A DNA stretch of 64,000 nt from Pecten maximus (Eukaryota), in the NCBI RefSeq assembly GCF_902652985.1, contig NC_047033.1, positions 27,342,001 to 27,406,000 of the forward strand. Reading direction: 5' to 3'. The position numbers and the translations under genes were made by a program. The notes beneath the pieces were generated by a model. It was not told the origin of the DNA and made no database searches. It saw only the letters and a list, made by a program, of their open reading frames with translations. Every line of letters starts with the position of its first letter. Within the stretch, counting starts at the first letter, position 1. Positions 25,537 to 36,644 of the stretch are shown here, one piece after another.

Positions 25537-25890
25537 AACTTACAACATACTCAAACACAAATACAATTATACTTACAACATACTCCAACACAAATAAAAT
25601 CACACTTACAACATACTCCAACACAAATACAATTATACTTACAACATACTCAAACACAAATACAATTATACTTACAACATACTCAAACACAAATACAATT
25701 ATACTTACAACATACTCAAACACAAATACAATTATACTTACAACATACTCAAACACAAATACAATTATACTTACAACATACTCAAACACAAATACAATTA
25801 TACTTACAACATACTCAAACACAAATACAATTATACTTACAACATACTCAAACACAAATACAATTATACTTACAACATACTCAAACACAA
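25537..25890 (-). repeat. 33-bp array (11 copies) containing the exon 8 donor
   Basis: Minus-strand unit TTTGTGTTTGAGTATGTT|gtaagtataattgta. Confidence 0.95.
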
Positions 25891-25968
25891 AAGTTAGCGT
25901 TTCCTTGGTGTGTATGATGTCATGAAGTGTGACAATGTTAGCGTGTTTTAGACCCTTCAGAAGTGAGG
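25874..25968 (-). CDS. CDK14: CDK14 exon 8 ([32 protein letters not shown])
   Basis: Acceptor tttttcag|, donor GTT|gtaagt. Confidence 0.95.
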
Positions 25969-26239
25969 CTGAAAAATAAACAGAGAAATTATTAATCTCT
26001 GGAAATTTAACTATTTATCTTGGTCACAGGAATATAGGATTATTACATAACAATAAACACAGGTAGACAATTGTAACCTATATAGGTAAATCAATCTCAC
26101 TAGTTGCATCAGTTATAGGTTTTTAAAACCAAATCGAACGGAGGCAGCCATTTTGTTACGTCATCATCATTTCAAGACCAAAGGTCCTTGTCAATATTAT
26201 GATGTCACAACAGACTTCTGACTGAGATAGCCAATCAAA

Positions 26240-27655
26240 ACACTCCAGGGTATATTACACTCCGGGGTATATTACAGTCCAGGGTATATTACACTCTGGG
26301 GTATATTACACTCCGGGGTATATTACACTCTGGGGTATATTACACTCCAGGGTATATTACACTCCAGGGTATATTACACTCCAGGGTATATTACACTCCA
26401 GGGTATATTACACTTCGGGGTATATTACACTCCGGGGTATATTACACTCCGGGGTATATTACACTCCAGGGTATATTACACTCCGGGGTATATTACACTC
26501 TGGGGTATATTACAGTCCGGAGTATATTACACTCCAGGGTATATTACACTCCAGGGTATATTACACTCCGGAGTATATTACACTCCGGGGTATATTACAG
26601 TCCGGGGTATATTACCGTCCGGGGTATATTACACTCCGGGGTATATTACACTCTGGGGTATATTACACTCCGGGGTATATTACAATCCGGGGTATATTAC
26701 ACTCCAGGGTATATTATACTCCAGGGTATATTACAGACCGGGGTATATTACACTCCGGGGTATATTACACTCCGGGGTATATTACACTCCAGGGTATATT
26801 ACAGACCGGGGTATATTACACTCCGGGGTATATTACACTCCGGGGTATATTACACTCCAGGGTATATTACAATCCGGGGTATATTACACTCCAGGGTATA
26901 TTACACTCCAGGGTATATTACAGACCGGGGTATATTACACTCCAGGGTATATTACACTCCGGGGTATATTACACTCCGGGGTATATTACAGTCCGGGGTA
27001 TATTACACTCCAGGGTATATTACACTCCGGGGTATACTACACTTCAGGGTATATTACAGACCGGGGTATATGACACTCCGGGGTATATTACACTCTGGGG
27101 TATATTACACTCCGGGGTAAACTACACTCCGGGGTATATTACACTCCAGGGTATATTATAGTCCGGAGTATATTACACTCCGGGGTATATTACACTCTGG
27201 GGTATATTACACTCCGGGGTATATTACACTCCAGAGTTTATTACACTCCGGGGTATATTACACTCTGGGGTATATTACACTCCGGGGTATACTACACTCC
27301 GGGGTATATTACACTCCAGGGTATATTATAGTCCGGAGTATATTACACTCCGGGGTATATTACACTCTGGGGTATATTACACTCCGGGGTATATTACACT
27401 CCAGAGTTTATTACACTCCGGGGTATATTACACTCTGGGGTATATTACACTCCGGGGTATACTACACTCCGGGGTATATTACACTCCAGGGTATATTATA
27501 GTCCGGAGTATATTACACTCTGGGGTATATTACACTCCGGGGTATATTACACTCTGGGGTATATTACACTCCGGGGTATATTACACTCCAGGGTATATTA
27601 CACTATGGGGTATATTACACTACGGGGTATATTACACAACAGGGTATATTACACC
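26240..27655. repeat. 17-bp minisatellite (about 80 copies)
   Basis: Unit tatattacactccgggg. Confidence 0.95.
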
Positions 27656-27707
27656 AGTTTCATAAAGAGGACAAATTAACTGGATATAAGGCCCATTATA
27701 TCTTTAC

Positions 27708-27787
27708 CTTCTCTGATAGCAGTAAACGGTGCTCCCTCCTCAGCCTGTAACCGGATTTCCTTCAGAGCAACGATCTGATTGGTTAAA
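27708..27787 (-). CDS. CDK14: CDK14 exon 7 (LTNQIVALKEIRLQAEEGAPFTAIRE)
   Basis: Acceptor tgtttcag|, donor AAG|gtaaag; diagnostic PFTAIRE helix. Confidence 0.97.
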
Positions 27788-27844
27788 CTGAAACATAAGT
27801 ATTTCAACTCATTAGAATAACAATTATCACTCCTACAGATATGA

Positions 27845-28800
27845 TATACATACCTGTATGACATACACCATACACCATACACAACTGTATGACCAGTATG
27901 CACCTGTATTATAAACATGCCTGTATGACAAACACACCTGTATGACAAACACACCTGTATGACAAACACACCTGTATGAATTACATGCCTGTATGACATC
28001 TACACCTGTATGACATCCACACCTGTGTGACATCCACACCTGTGTGACATCCACACCTGTATGACATTCACATCTGTATGAATTACATGCCTGTATGACA
28101 TTCACACCTGTATGACATCCACATCTGTATGACATCCACACCTGTGTGACATCCACACCTGTGTGACATCCACACCTGTGTGACATATACACACCTGTAT
28201 GACATCCACACCTGTGTTACATCCACACCTGTATGACATCCACACCTGTATGAATTACATGCCTGTATGACATACACATCTGTATGACATTCACACCTGT
28301 ATGGCATACACACCTATATGACATCCACACCTGTATGACATTCAAACCTGTATGACATACACACCTGTGTGACATCCACACCTGTATGACATCCACACCT
28401 GTGTTACATCCACACCTGTATGACATCCACACCTGTGTTACATCCACACCTGTATGACATTCAAACCTGTATGACATACACACCTGTATGACATACACAC
28501 CTGTGTGACATCCACACCTGTATGACATCCACACCTGTGTTACATCCACACCTGTATGACATCCACACCTGTATGAATTACATGCCTGTATGACATACAC
28601 ATCTGTATGACATTCACAGCTGTATGGCATACACACCTGTATGACATTCACACCTGTGTGACATCCACACCTGTATGACATTCACACCTGTATGACATTC
28701 ACACCTGTATGACATACACACCTGTATGACATTCACACCTGTATGACATACAAACCTGTATGACATGCAAACCTGTATGACATACATGCCTGTATAGACA
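27845..28800. repeat. 17-bp minisatellite
   Basis: Unit cacacctgtatgacatc. Confidence 0.95.
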
Positions 28801-29509
28801 CTTCTGACGTTTGGGGGGATTTAGCTCTTGAAATGCTTTATCAATACATCTTATGATCCTGACAAGATAAATGAAGAATGCTACTACAGAAAGTTGGACG
28901 GTGAAGGACAAGATCTCAGAAGTGTGTCAGCATTCATAACTTTTGATTCCCTTTGGCTCTGTATCCTGCTGTCTAAATTAATGGTTCTGTAATTTGGTTG
29001 AATATAACATTGATGTGAAATCAAATCAGCTGCTTGGGCTCCATCCTTTCCTACTTCAGGAGAGACACCATTTGTACAAATGTATTAATTTTGATTTCCA
29101 TACTCAAAACATGCTGCCACATAAGGTTGATATATCTGCTTTGTACTTTTGTACGTTGTTTAATGCAAAAGTTGATGGATGACAGCTAGCTAGAAGAGGC
29201 ACTACACCATTTAATACATGACATAATAGAAGAGGCTCTACACCATTTAATACATGACATGACAGAAGAGGCTCCACACCATTTAATACATGACATGACA
29301 GAAGAGGCACTACACCATTTAATACATGACTTATCTCCTTAACCAGTGAGAAACTTTGTTTCTTTTTTTTCTTTTTTTTTCTCGACACGGTTTTCCCTGC
29401 CGTTTTCATGATAGTGAAAAAATATACTGGTAAACAGTGCAATGAACATATTGTCTCGCTGTGAAATCAACCATTAACAAATATAGACATAATTGGTGAA
29501 TATTTCATT

Positions 29510-29639
29510 ATCACAGCTCTCTATCCATGGCTACATATCTAATACACTTACCAACTAAACCCTTTGTAGACAGTATCACAGCTCTCTATCAATGGCTACA
29601 TATCTAATACACTTACCAACTAAACCCTTTGTAGACAGT
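29510..29639 (-). repeat. 65-bp direct duplication spanning the exon 6 donor
   Basis: ACTGTCTACAAAGGGTTTAGTTG|gtaagtgtattag occurs twice (GT at 29616 and 29551). Confidence 0.92.
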
Positions 29640-29708
29640 TGCATAGCTCCCCTCACCGAGCTGTTCCAACTTTTGGTAAGAATCAGCCTTCCCGAACGGT
29701 GAATTCCC
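29617..29708 (-). CDS. CDK14: CDK14 exon 6 (GNSPFGKADSYQKLEQLGEGSYATVYKGFS; Gly-rich loop)
   Basis: Acceptor tctttccag|, donor TTG|gtaagt; kinase subdomain I. Confidence 0.95.
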
Positions 29709-29736
29709 CTGGAAAGACAAAGGCTCACTACTAAAG

Positions 29737-30259
29737 TTTGGTTTGGTTTATTTTATTTAACGTCCTATTAACAGCCAGGGTCATTAAGGACATGCCAGGT
29801 TTTGGAGGTGGAGGAAAGCTGGAGTTTGGTTTGGTTTATTTTGCTTAACGTCCTATTAACAGCTAAGGTCATTTAAGGACGGCCTCCCATGCGTGCAACA
29901 TGCATGTGTGTGGTGAGTGCGTATGTGTGTTTTGGGAGGCTGCAGTATGTTCGTGTTAAGTCTCCTTGTGATAGGCCGGAACTTTTGCCGATTTATAGTG
30001 CTACCTCACTGGAGCATACTGCCGAAGACACCCAGCAGCACACCCCACCCGGTCACATTATACTGACAACGGGCGAACCAGTCGTCCCACTCCTTTTATG
30101 CTGAGCGCTAAGCAGGAAGCTGGAGTACCCGGAGAAAAACCACCGGCCTATGGTCAGTACCTGGCAACTGCCCTACATAGGTTTCAAACTTGCAACCCAG
30201 AGTTGGAGGGCTAGTGATAAAGTGTTGAGACACCTTAACCACTCGGCCACCGCGGCCCC
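29737..30259 (-). mobile_element. Full-length tRNA-derived SINE with target-site duplication, interrupted by a second SINE
   Basis: Head ggggccgcggtggccgagtggttaagg (A box), gtttgaaac (B box); (aaacc)n tail; TSD cactactaaag at 29726-36 and 30260-70. Confidence 0.88.
29826..30116 (-). mobile_element. Nested 5'-truncated SINE of a different family with the same 3' tail
   Basis: TSD aagctggagt at 29816-25 and 30117-26; tail gtccttaaatgaccttagctgttaataggacgttaa. Confidence 0.82.
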
Positions 30260-30334
30260 CACTACTAAAGGCCACGGCAATACTTCTGTATCACAACGTA
30301 ACAATTAATGTTCTCATACTGCAAATGTACATAT

Positions 30335-30545
30335 TTTAGTGGTGATATCATTTTAGTGGTGATTTTACTTTAGTGGTAATCTTATTTTAGTGGTAATCTT
30401 ATTTTAGTGTTGATTTTATTTTAGTGGTAAATCTTATTTTAGTAGTAATCTCATTTTAGTGGTAATCTTATTTTAGTGGTAATCTTATTTTAGTGATAAT
30501 CTCATTTTAGTGGTAATCTTATTTAAGTGGTAATCTTATTTTAAT
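30335..30545. repeat. 17-bp minisatellite
   Basis: Unit ttattttagtggtaatc. Confidence 0.85.
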
Positions 30546-31284
30546 GCTCTTTGCACAGGAAGCATTAAAATTTCCTTAATTGTGATGGCGCTTAGCCTAG
30601 TACTAACTTTTACTCTTATTGACTATTTCTATAGAAATTATACAGAAGGGCCAATACTTTGTAGTGCTAATCTGTTATGTGGAGATTTGAGATCTCCAAA
30701 AATAATCTGTTTACAGTAATAATTACCAATATGTTGTTTAACAACTTGTGTTAATTTTTTGCTTCCAAAAATGAGTACGGTATTTATCTGCAATTAATCA
30801 CCTTCTCACAAATAAGCCCCCTTCTTCAATTTTAAAATAGTTGGCTCAAAATGGCCACATAGTTGATACATATCAAAACTACTAAACAGAACTTTTACAC
30901 TTATTTTTCCATGTTTGTCACAGCTAAAACTAGCTCATGGTTATTAAATTTCCTGCAGTATCACATTGTAACTGTTATCAGCGACAATAATATATACTTG
31001 TGTGTATACAGTGCATTCCGCTTAATCGGGTTGCCTATTTGCGGAGACTTTTTACCCGATTAACCGACTTATACAATAAGCCGAAATGCACGTGGCCATC
31101 TTGGATTTGGTCCGTAATGGTTGTCAGACTTGGGTCGATTTTGGATGAAAATATTTGCGTTATTATTGTTAATAAACAGTGTTTTTGTTTGTGCTTTTAC
31201 TGAATGTCAAATTGTCAGATTACTATTACTAATTGTATCAAAATACATGTACATGTATACAAATATATATTAAATGGATGCGTA

Positions 31285-31366
31285 TACCGTATATGACCTA
31301 ATAAGGGCACCCCCATGCATTTATCAATTACCCGCACCCTGCGCCCTTATTAGGTCGTATACGGTA
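31285..31366. mobile_element. 82-bp MITE (TA-flanked, Tc1/pogo-like ends)
   Basis: taccgtatatgacctaataagggc ... gcccttattaggtcgtatacggta. Confidence 0.7.
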
Positions 31367-31528
31367 TATAAATATTGGTGGAGTATCCATTTTCACACTA
31401 ATTTTTAATGGACCAAGAATATTACCAGCTAAACAGTATATGGAAGAAGCGATTTCACAAAAGTTTTGCTAATTCTTATTTACATGAAAAGTTTTGTAAT
31501 CACTGTTGATAGGACAGGCGATACATAC

Positions 31529-31692
31529 TCCGTAACTAGATGTTCGTTTCGGAGAGAACTGTCGTAGATATGTATGACCCTCAGACTTAGGTCGTTCATG
31601 TTTTTCATTATCAGGCGGTGAGTCAAGATCAAATGTTCCGTCAAGCATATCCCCAGCTGAATGATGCCGCTTTACTGGAGCATGGTTCTTAT
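31529..31692 (-). CDS. CDK14: CDK14 exon 5 (NKNHAPVKRHHSAGD...KRTSSYG)
   Basis: Acceptor tttttgacag|, donor GGA|gtatgt; phase 1/0. Confidence 0.8.
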
Positions 31693-33213
31693 CTGTCAAA
31701 AACAAATCATGGTTCTTATCTGTAAAGAACAACACATCATGGTTCTTATCTGTCAAAAACAACGGATCATGGTTCTTATCTGTCAAAAACAACAAAGCAT
31801 GATTCTTATCTGTCAAAAACAACAGATCATGGTTCTTTGTCAAAAACAACAGAGCATGGTTCTTATCTGTCAAAAACAACAGATCATGGTTCTTATCTGT
31901 CAAAAACAACAGAGCATGGTTCTTATCTGTCAAAAACAACAGAGCATGGTTCTTATCTGTCAAAAACAACAAAGCATGGTTCTTATCAGTCAAAAATAAT
32001 GGATCATGGTTCTTATCTGTCAAAAACAACAGATCATGGTTCTTATCTGTCAAAAACAACAGAGCATGGTTCTTATCTGTCAAGAACAACAGATCATGGT
32101 TCTTATCTGTCAAAAACAACAGAGCATGGTTCTTATCTGTCAAAAACAACAAAGCATGGTTCTTATCAGTCAAAAATAATGGATCATGGTTCTTATCTGT
32201 CAAAAACAACAGATCATGGTTCTTATCTGTCAAAAACAACAGAGCATGGTTCTTATCTGTCAAGAACAACAGATCATGGTTCTTATCTGTCAAAAACAAC
32301 AGAGCATGGTTCTTATCTGTCAAAAACAACAAAGCATGGTTCTAATCAGTCAAAAATAATGGATCATGGTTCTTATCTGTCAAAAACAACAGATCATGGT
32401 TCTTATCTGTCAAAAACAACAGAGCATGGTTCTTATCTGTCAAGAACAACAGATCATGGTTCTTTGTCAAAAACAACAGATCATGGTTCTTATCTGTCAA
32501 AAACAACAGATCATGGTTCTTATCTGTCAAAAACAACAGAGCATGGTTCTTATCTGTTAAAAACAACAGAGCATGGTTCTTATCTGTCAAAAACAACACA
32601 ACATATTGGTTCTTATCTCTCAAAAACATCAGAGCATGTTTCAGAGCATGTTTTTATTTGTCAAAAACAGAGTTTTTATGTTTTTTTATCAGCAAAAAAC
32701 AACACAACAAGCTTATGGTACTTATTTGCCAAAAACAAAGAATGGCACTTATCTGTCGATAATAGCAGATCATTGCTCTTACCTATCAAAAACAACAGAT
32801 CAACGTTCTTATCTCTTAAAAACAACAGATCATGGTTCTTATCTGTCAAAAACAACAGATCATGGTTCTTATCTGTCAAAAACAACAAATCATGGTTCTT
32901 ATCTGTCAAAAATAATAGATCATGGTTCTTATCTGTCAAAAACAACAAATCATGGTTCTTATCTGTCAAAAACAACACATCATGGTTCTTATCTGTCAAA
33001 AACAACAGAGCATGGTTCTTATCTGTCAAAAACAACAGATCATGGTTCTTATCTGTCAAAAACAACAGATCATGGTTCTTATCTGTCAAAAACAACAGAT
33101 CATGGTTCTTATCTGTCAAAAACAACAGATCATGGTTCTTATCTCTCAAAAACAACAGATCATGGTTCTTATCTCTCAAAAACAACAGATCATGGTTCTT
33201 GTCTCTCAAAAAC
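31679..33213 (-). repeat. 30-bp array (about 50 copies) containing the exon 5 acceptor; fills almost all of intron 4
   Basis: Minus-strand unit tgttgtttttgacag|ATAAGAACCATGATC. Confidence 0.95.
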
Positions 33214-33268
33214 TAGGGGTATAGATTTTAACACAAACAACAGTGATTTTATCATAAGAAGTTCATAC

Positions 33269-33458
33269 TTGTGAGGCGGTGTACCACGGTAGGCCTGCCT
33301 AGGGTGTGGTATCCGCCAGTGTGTCGGTTAGCTGGGTTGATCCCATTCGGCCCTTCATAATCGTCCTTATGGGAACAGCGCTGGAGAGTGAGATTGGCCC
33401 CAGGGTAGCCTCGCACACCGTCGGGGGAGACACCATTCACAAGACCCTCCTGTTCTGA
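33269..33458 (-). CDS. CDK14: CDK14 exon 4 (SEQEGLVNG...VVHRLT)
   Basis: Acceptor ttgtttacag|, donor CAA|gtatga; 190 nt, phase 0/1. Confidence 0.75.
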
Positions 33459-33582
33459 CTGTAAACAAAACAAAAGGTCTTGTTGTTTATACACCTTTGT
33501 TTAACTAGTTTAACATTTTAATGACTTACAAAACAAGTCATACACAGTGTACCATCAGAACCCATTCTCATTACGAGATACA

Positions 33583-34430
33583 ACCTTACTGATTACTTGG
33601 TCTCGCCCACCTTAATCTTAATCTTAGGTTAGCCCCACCTTACTGATTACTTGGTCACGCCCACCTTAATCTTAGGTTAGCCCCACCTTACTGATTGCCT
33701 GGCCACGCCCACCTTAATCTTAGGTTAGCCCCACCTTACTGATTACTTGGTCACGCCCACCTTAACCTTAGGTTAGCCCCACCTTACTGATTACTTGGTC
33801 ACGCCCACCTTAACCTTAGGTTAGCCCCACCTTACTGATTACTTGGTCACGCCCACCTTAACCTTAGGTTAGCCCCACCTTACTGATTACTTGGTCACGC
33901 CCACCTTAACCTTAGGTTAGCCCCACCTTACTGATTACTTGGTCACACCCACCTTAATCTTAGGTTAGCCCCACCTTACTGATTGCCTGGCCACGCCCAC
34001 CTTAATCTTAGGTTAGCCCCACCTTACTGATTACCTGGACACGCCCATCTTAACCTTATGTGAACCTCACCTTACTGATTACTTGGTCACGCCCACCTTA
34101 ACCTTAGGTTAGCCCCACCTTACTGATAACCTGGCCACGCCCACCTTAACCTTATGTGAACCCCACCTTACTGATAACCTGGCCACGCCCACCTTAATCT
34201 TAGGTTAGCCCCACCTTACTGATTGCCTGGCCACGCCCACCTTAATCTTAGGTTAGCCCCACCTTACTGATTACTTGGTCACGCCCATCTTAACCTTATG
34301 TGAACCCCACCTTACTGATAACCTGGCCACGCCCACCTTAACCTTAGGTTAGCCCAACCTTACTGATTACTTGCCCCCCCCCCCCCTCCCCCACACCCCC
34401 ACCTTACTGATTACTTGGCCACGCCCACTG
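33583..34430 (-). repeat. 48-bp array just downstream of the exon 3 donor
   Basis: Unit ccttactgattacttggtcacgcccaccttaaccttaggttagcccca. Confidence 0.93.
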
Positions 34431-34450
34431 CCCACTGACAAGCTACTCAC

Positions 34451-34491
34451 CTCCTGGTCACTCTCATGTATAGTGTCCTCTTTGGTAATGG
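34451..34491 (-). CDS. CDK14: CDK14 exon 3 (SITKEDTIHESDQE)
   Basis: Acceptor ctttcag|, donor GAG|gtgagt; phases 1/0 fit the neighbouring exons. Confidence 0.75.
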
Positions 34492-34564
34492 CTGAAAGAG
34501 TAAACATTAGCTGGTTAAAGTTTGTCTTATAGACAAAGTAATGAGGTATCATCATCACTGTAAA

Positions 34565-35215
34565 GGAGGAGGGGCAGCCAACATGTGTGTATATGGGCGG
34601 GGGGAGGGGCAGCCATCATGTGTGTATATGGGGGGGGGAGGGGCAGCCATCATGTGTGTATATGGGCGGGGGGAGGGCAGCCATAATGTGTGTATATGGG
34701 GGGGGGGGAGGGGCAGCCATAATGTGTGATATAAGCGGGAAGGGGAGCGGCAGCCATCATGTGTGTATATGGGGGGGGGGGGGGGGGGGGGGAGGCAGCC
34801 ATCATGTGTGTATATGGGGGGAGGGGCAGCCATCATGTGTATGTGTATATAAGGGGGAGGGGAGCGGCAGCCATCATGTGTGTATAGGTGGGGGAGAGGC
34901 AGCCATCATGTGTATATATGGGGGGGGGGGAGGGGCAGCCATCATGTGTGTATATGGGGGGGAGAGGCAGCAATCATGTGTATATATGGGGGGGGGGGGG
35001 GGAGGGGCAGCCATCATGTATGTATATGGGAGGAGGGGCAGCCATCACGTGTGTATATGGGGGGAGGGGATGGGGGGAGAGGGGCAGAGAAGAGTGTGGA
35101 TTAAGGGTCATATGTGTATATAAGCGGAAGGAGAGGGGAGGGGCAGCCATCATGTGTGTATAGGGGGGAGGGGCAGAGAAGAGTGTGGATTAAGGGTATA
35201 GGGGTAAGAGGGAAG
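34565..35215 (+). repeat. G-rich minisatellite with variable poly-G runs
   Basis: Unit ggggcagccatcatgtgtgtatatg(g)n. Confidence 0.9.
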
Positions 35216-35426
35216 GAAGAGATACATCATCAATCATTATAAGAGCATGTGTGATAAGCAGGATACACTGATGTGATGTTTTTACCTGTTTTTTGTACTA
35301 GTATAAAATGTAAAAGTGAGATATCTCCAATAGGATGATTTGACAATGGGGTAACCACCAACATGTCACAAACTGGTCTTAATTTGAGGTGAATGTTCGG
35401 TCATAATACGGCTTTGGGTTCAGGAG

Positions 35427-36295
35427 AAAAGTTGGTCACACAGAACCTACACTATACATTAAAAGTTGGTCACACAGAACCTACACTATACATTAGGAAC
35501 ATTAAAAGTTGGTCACACAGAACCTACACTATACATCAGGAACATTAAATGTTGGTCACACAGAACCTACACTATACATTAGGAACATTAAATGTTGGTC
35601 ACACAGAACCTACACTATACATCAGGAACATTAAATGTTGGTCACACAGTAACTAGACTATACATTAAAAGCTGGTCACACAGAACCTACACTATACATT
35701 AGGAACATTAAATGTTGGTCACACAGAACCTACACTATACATCAGGAACATTAAAAGTTGGTCACACAGAACCTACACTATACATCAGGAACATTAAATG
35801 TTGGTCACACAGAACCTACACTATAGATCAGGAACATTAAATGTTGGTCACACAGTAACTAGACTATACATTAAAAGCTGGTCACACAGAACCTACACTA
35901 TACATTAGGAACATTAAATGTTGGTCACACAGAACCTACACTATACATCAGGAACATTAAAAGTTGGTCACACAGAACCTACACTATAGATCAGGAACAT
36001 TAAATGTTGGTCACACAGTAACTAGACTATACATTAAAAGTTGGTCACACAGAACCTACACTATACATTAGGAACAAAGATAAAAACTCTAAATCTACCA
36101 ATACCAAATTATAGAACTCTAAAACTACCAATGCCAAATTAACAGAACTCTAAATCTACCAATACCAAATTAACAGAACTCTAAATCTACCAATACCAAA
36201 TTAACAGAACTCTAAATCTACCAATACCAAATTATAGAACTCTAAAACTACTAATGCCAAATTATCAGAAATCTAAAACTACCAATACAAATTTT
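35427..36295. repeat. Two adjacent minisatellites (34/43-bp and about 30-bp units)
   Basis: aaaagttggtcacacagaacctacactatacattaggaacatt; agaactctaaatctaccaataccaaatta. Confidence 0.9.
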
Positions 36296-36644
36296 CGAGA
36301 CTTACCTCATGCCGTTCACACCTCACTACTCTTCTCAAAATAATACTGACGATCTGACCATAATTCACAATAGCAGAGCAGAGGAAACAGAACGACCCAG
36401 GTTTATGGTGAAAACACTTCACAGACTGCCTCCCCCTCAAATTTACCACAGTCATGAGAAGTTAATTATCAAAAAGAAAAAACTGTGAACATGGAAACAG
36501 ACAGCAGTACCACTTATCACTGAAAGGCGGGTCATTACCGTATAAACAACAACAGAAAAACCAGAAACTCATTCCACTTTAAACTCTGTAAAAGAGAATT
36601 TCTGTCAAGATCATTACCACTACATCCGAAGTGCTGCCAGAAGT

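Noticed and set aside
27833-28911. Cys/His-rich repetitive ORFs resembling metal-binding proteins
   Set aside because: Frame-cycling translation of a 17-bp repeat.
30175-30259. tRNA gene
   Set aside because: The A and B boxes belong to a SINE head with TSD and tail; no complete cloverleaf.
31837-33274. Long + strand ORFs (459 aa, 233 aa) with SKTTDHGSYL repeats
   Set aside because: Antisense translation of the 30-bp acceptor array inside CDK14 intron 4; no independent gene signals.
36300-36420. Possible alternative CDK14 first exon (ATGAG|gtaagt near 36305, minus strand)
   Set aside because: The ATG frame gives phase 2, which does not fit exon 3 (phase 1); no other support.
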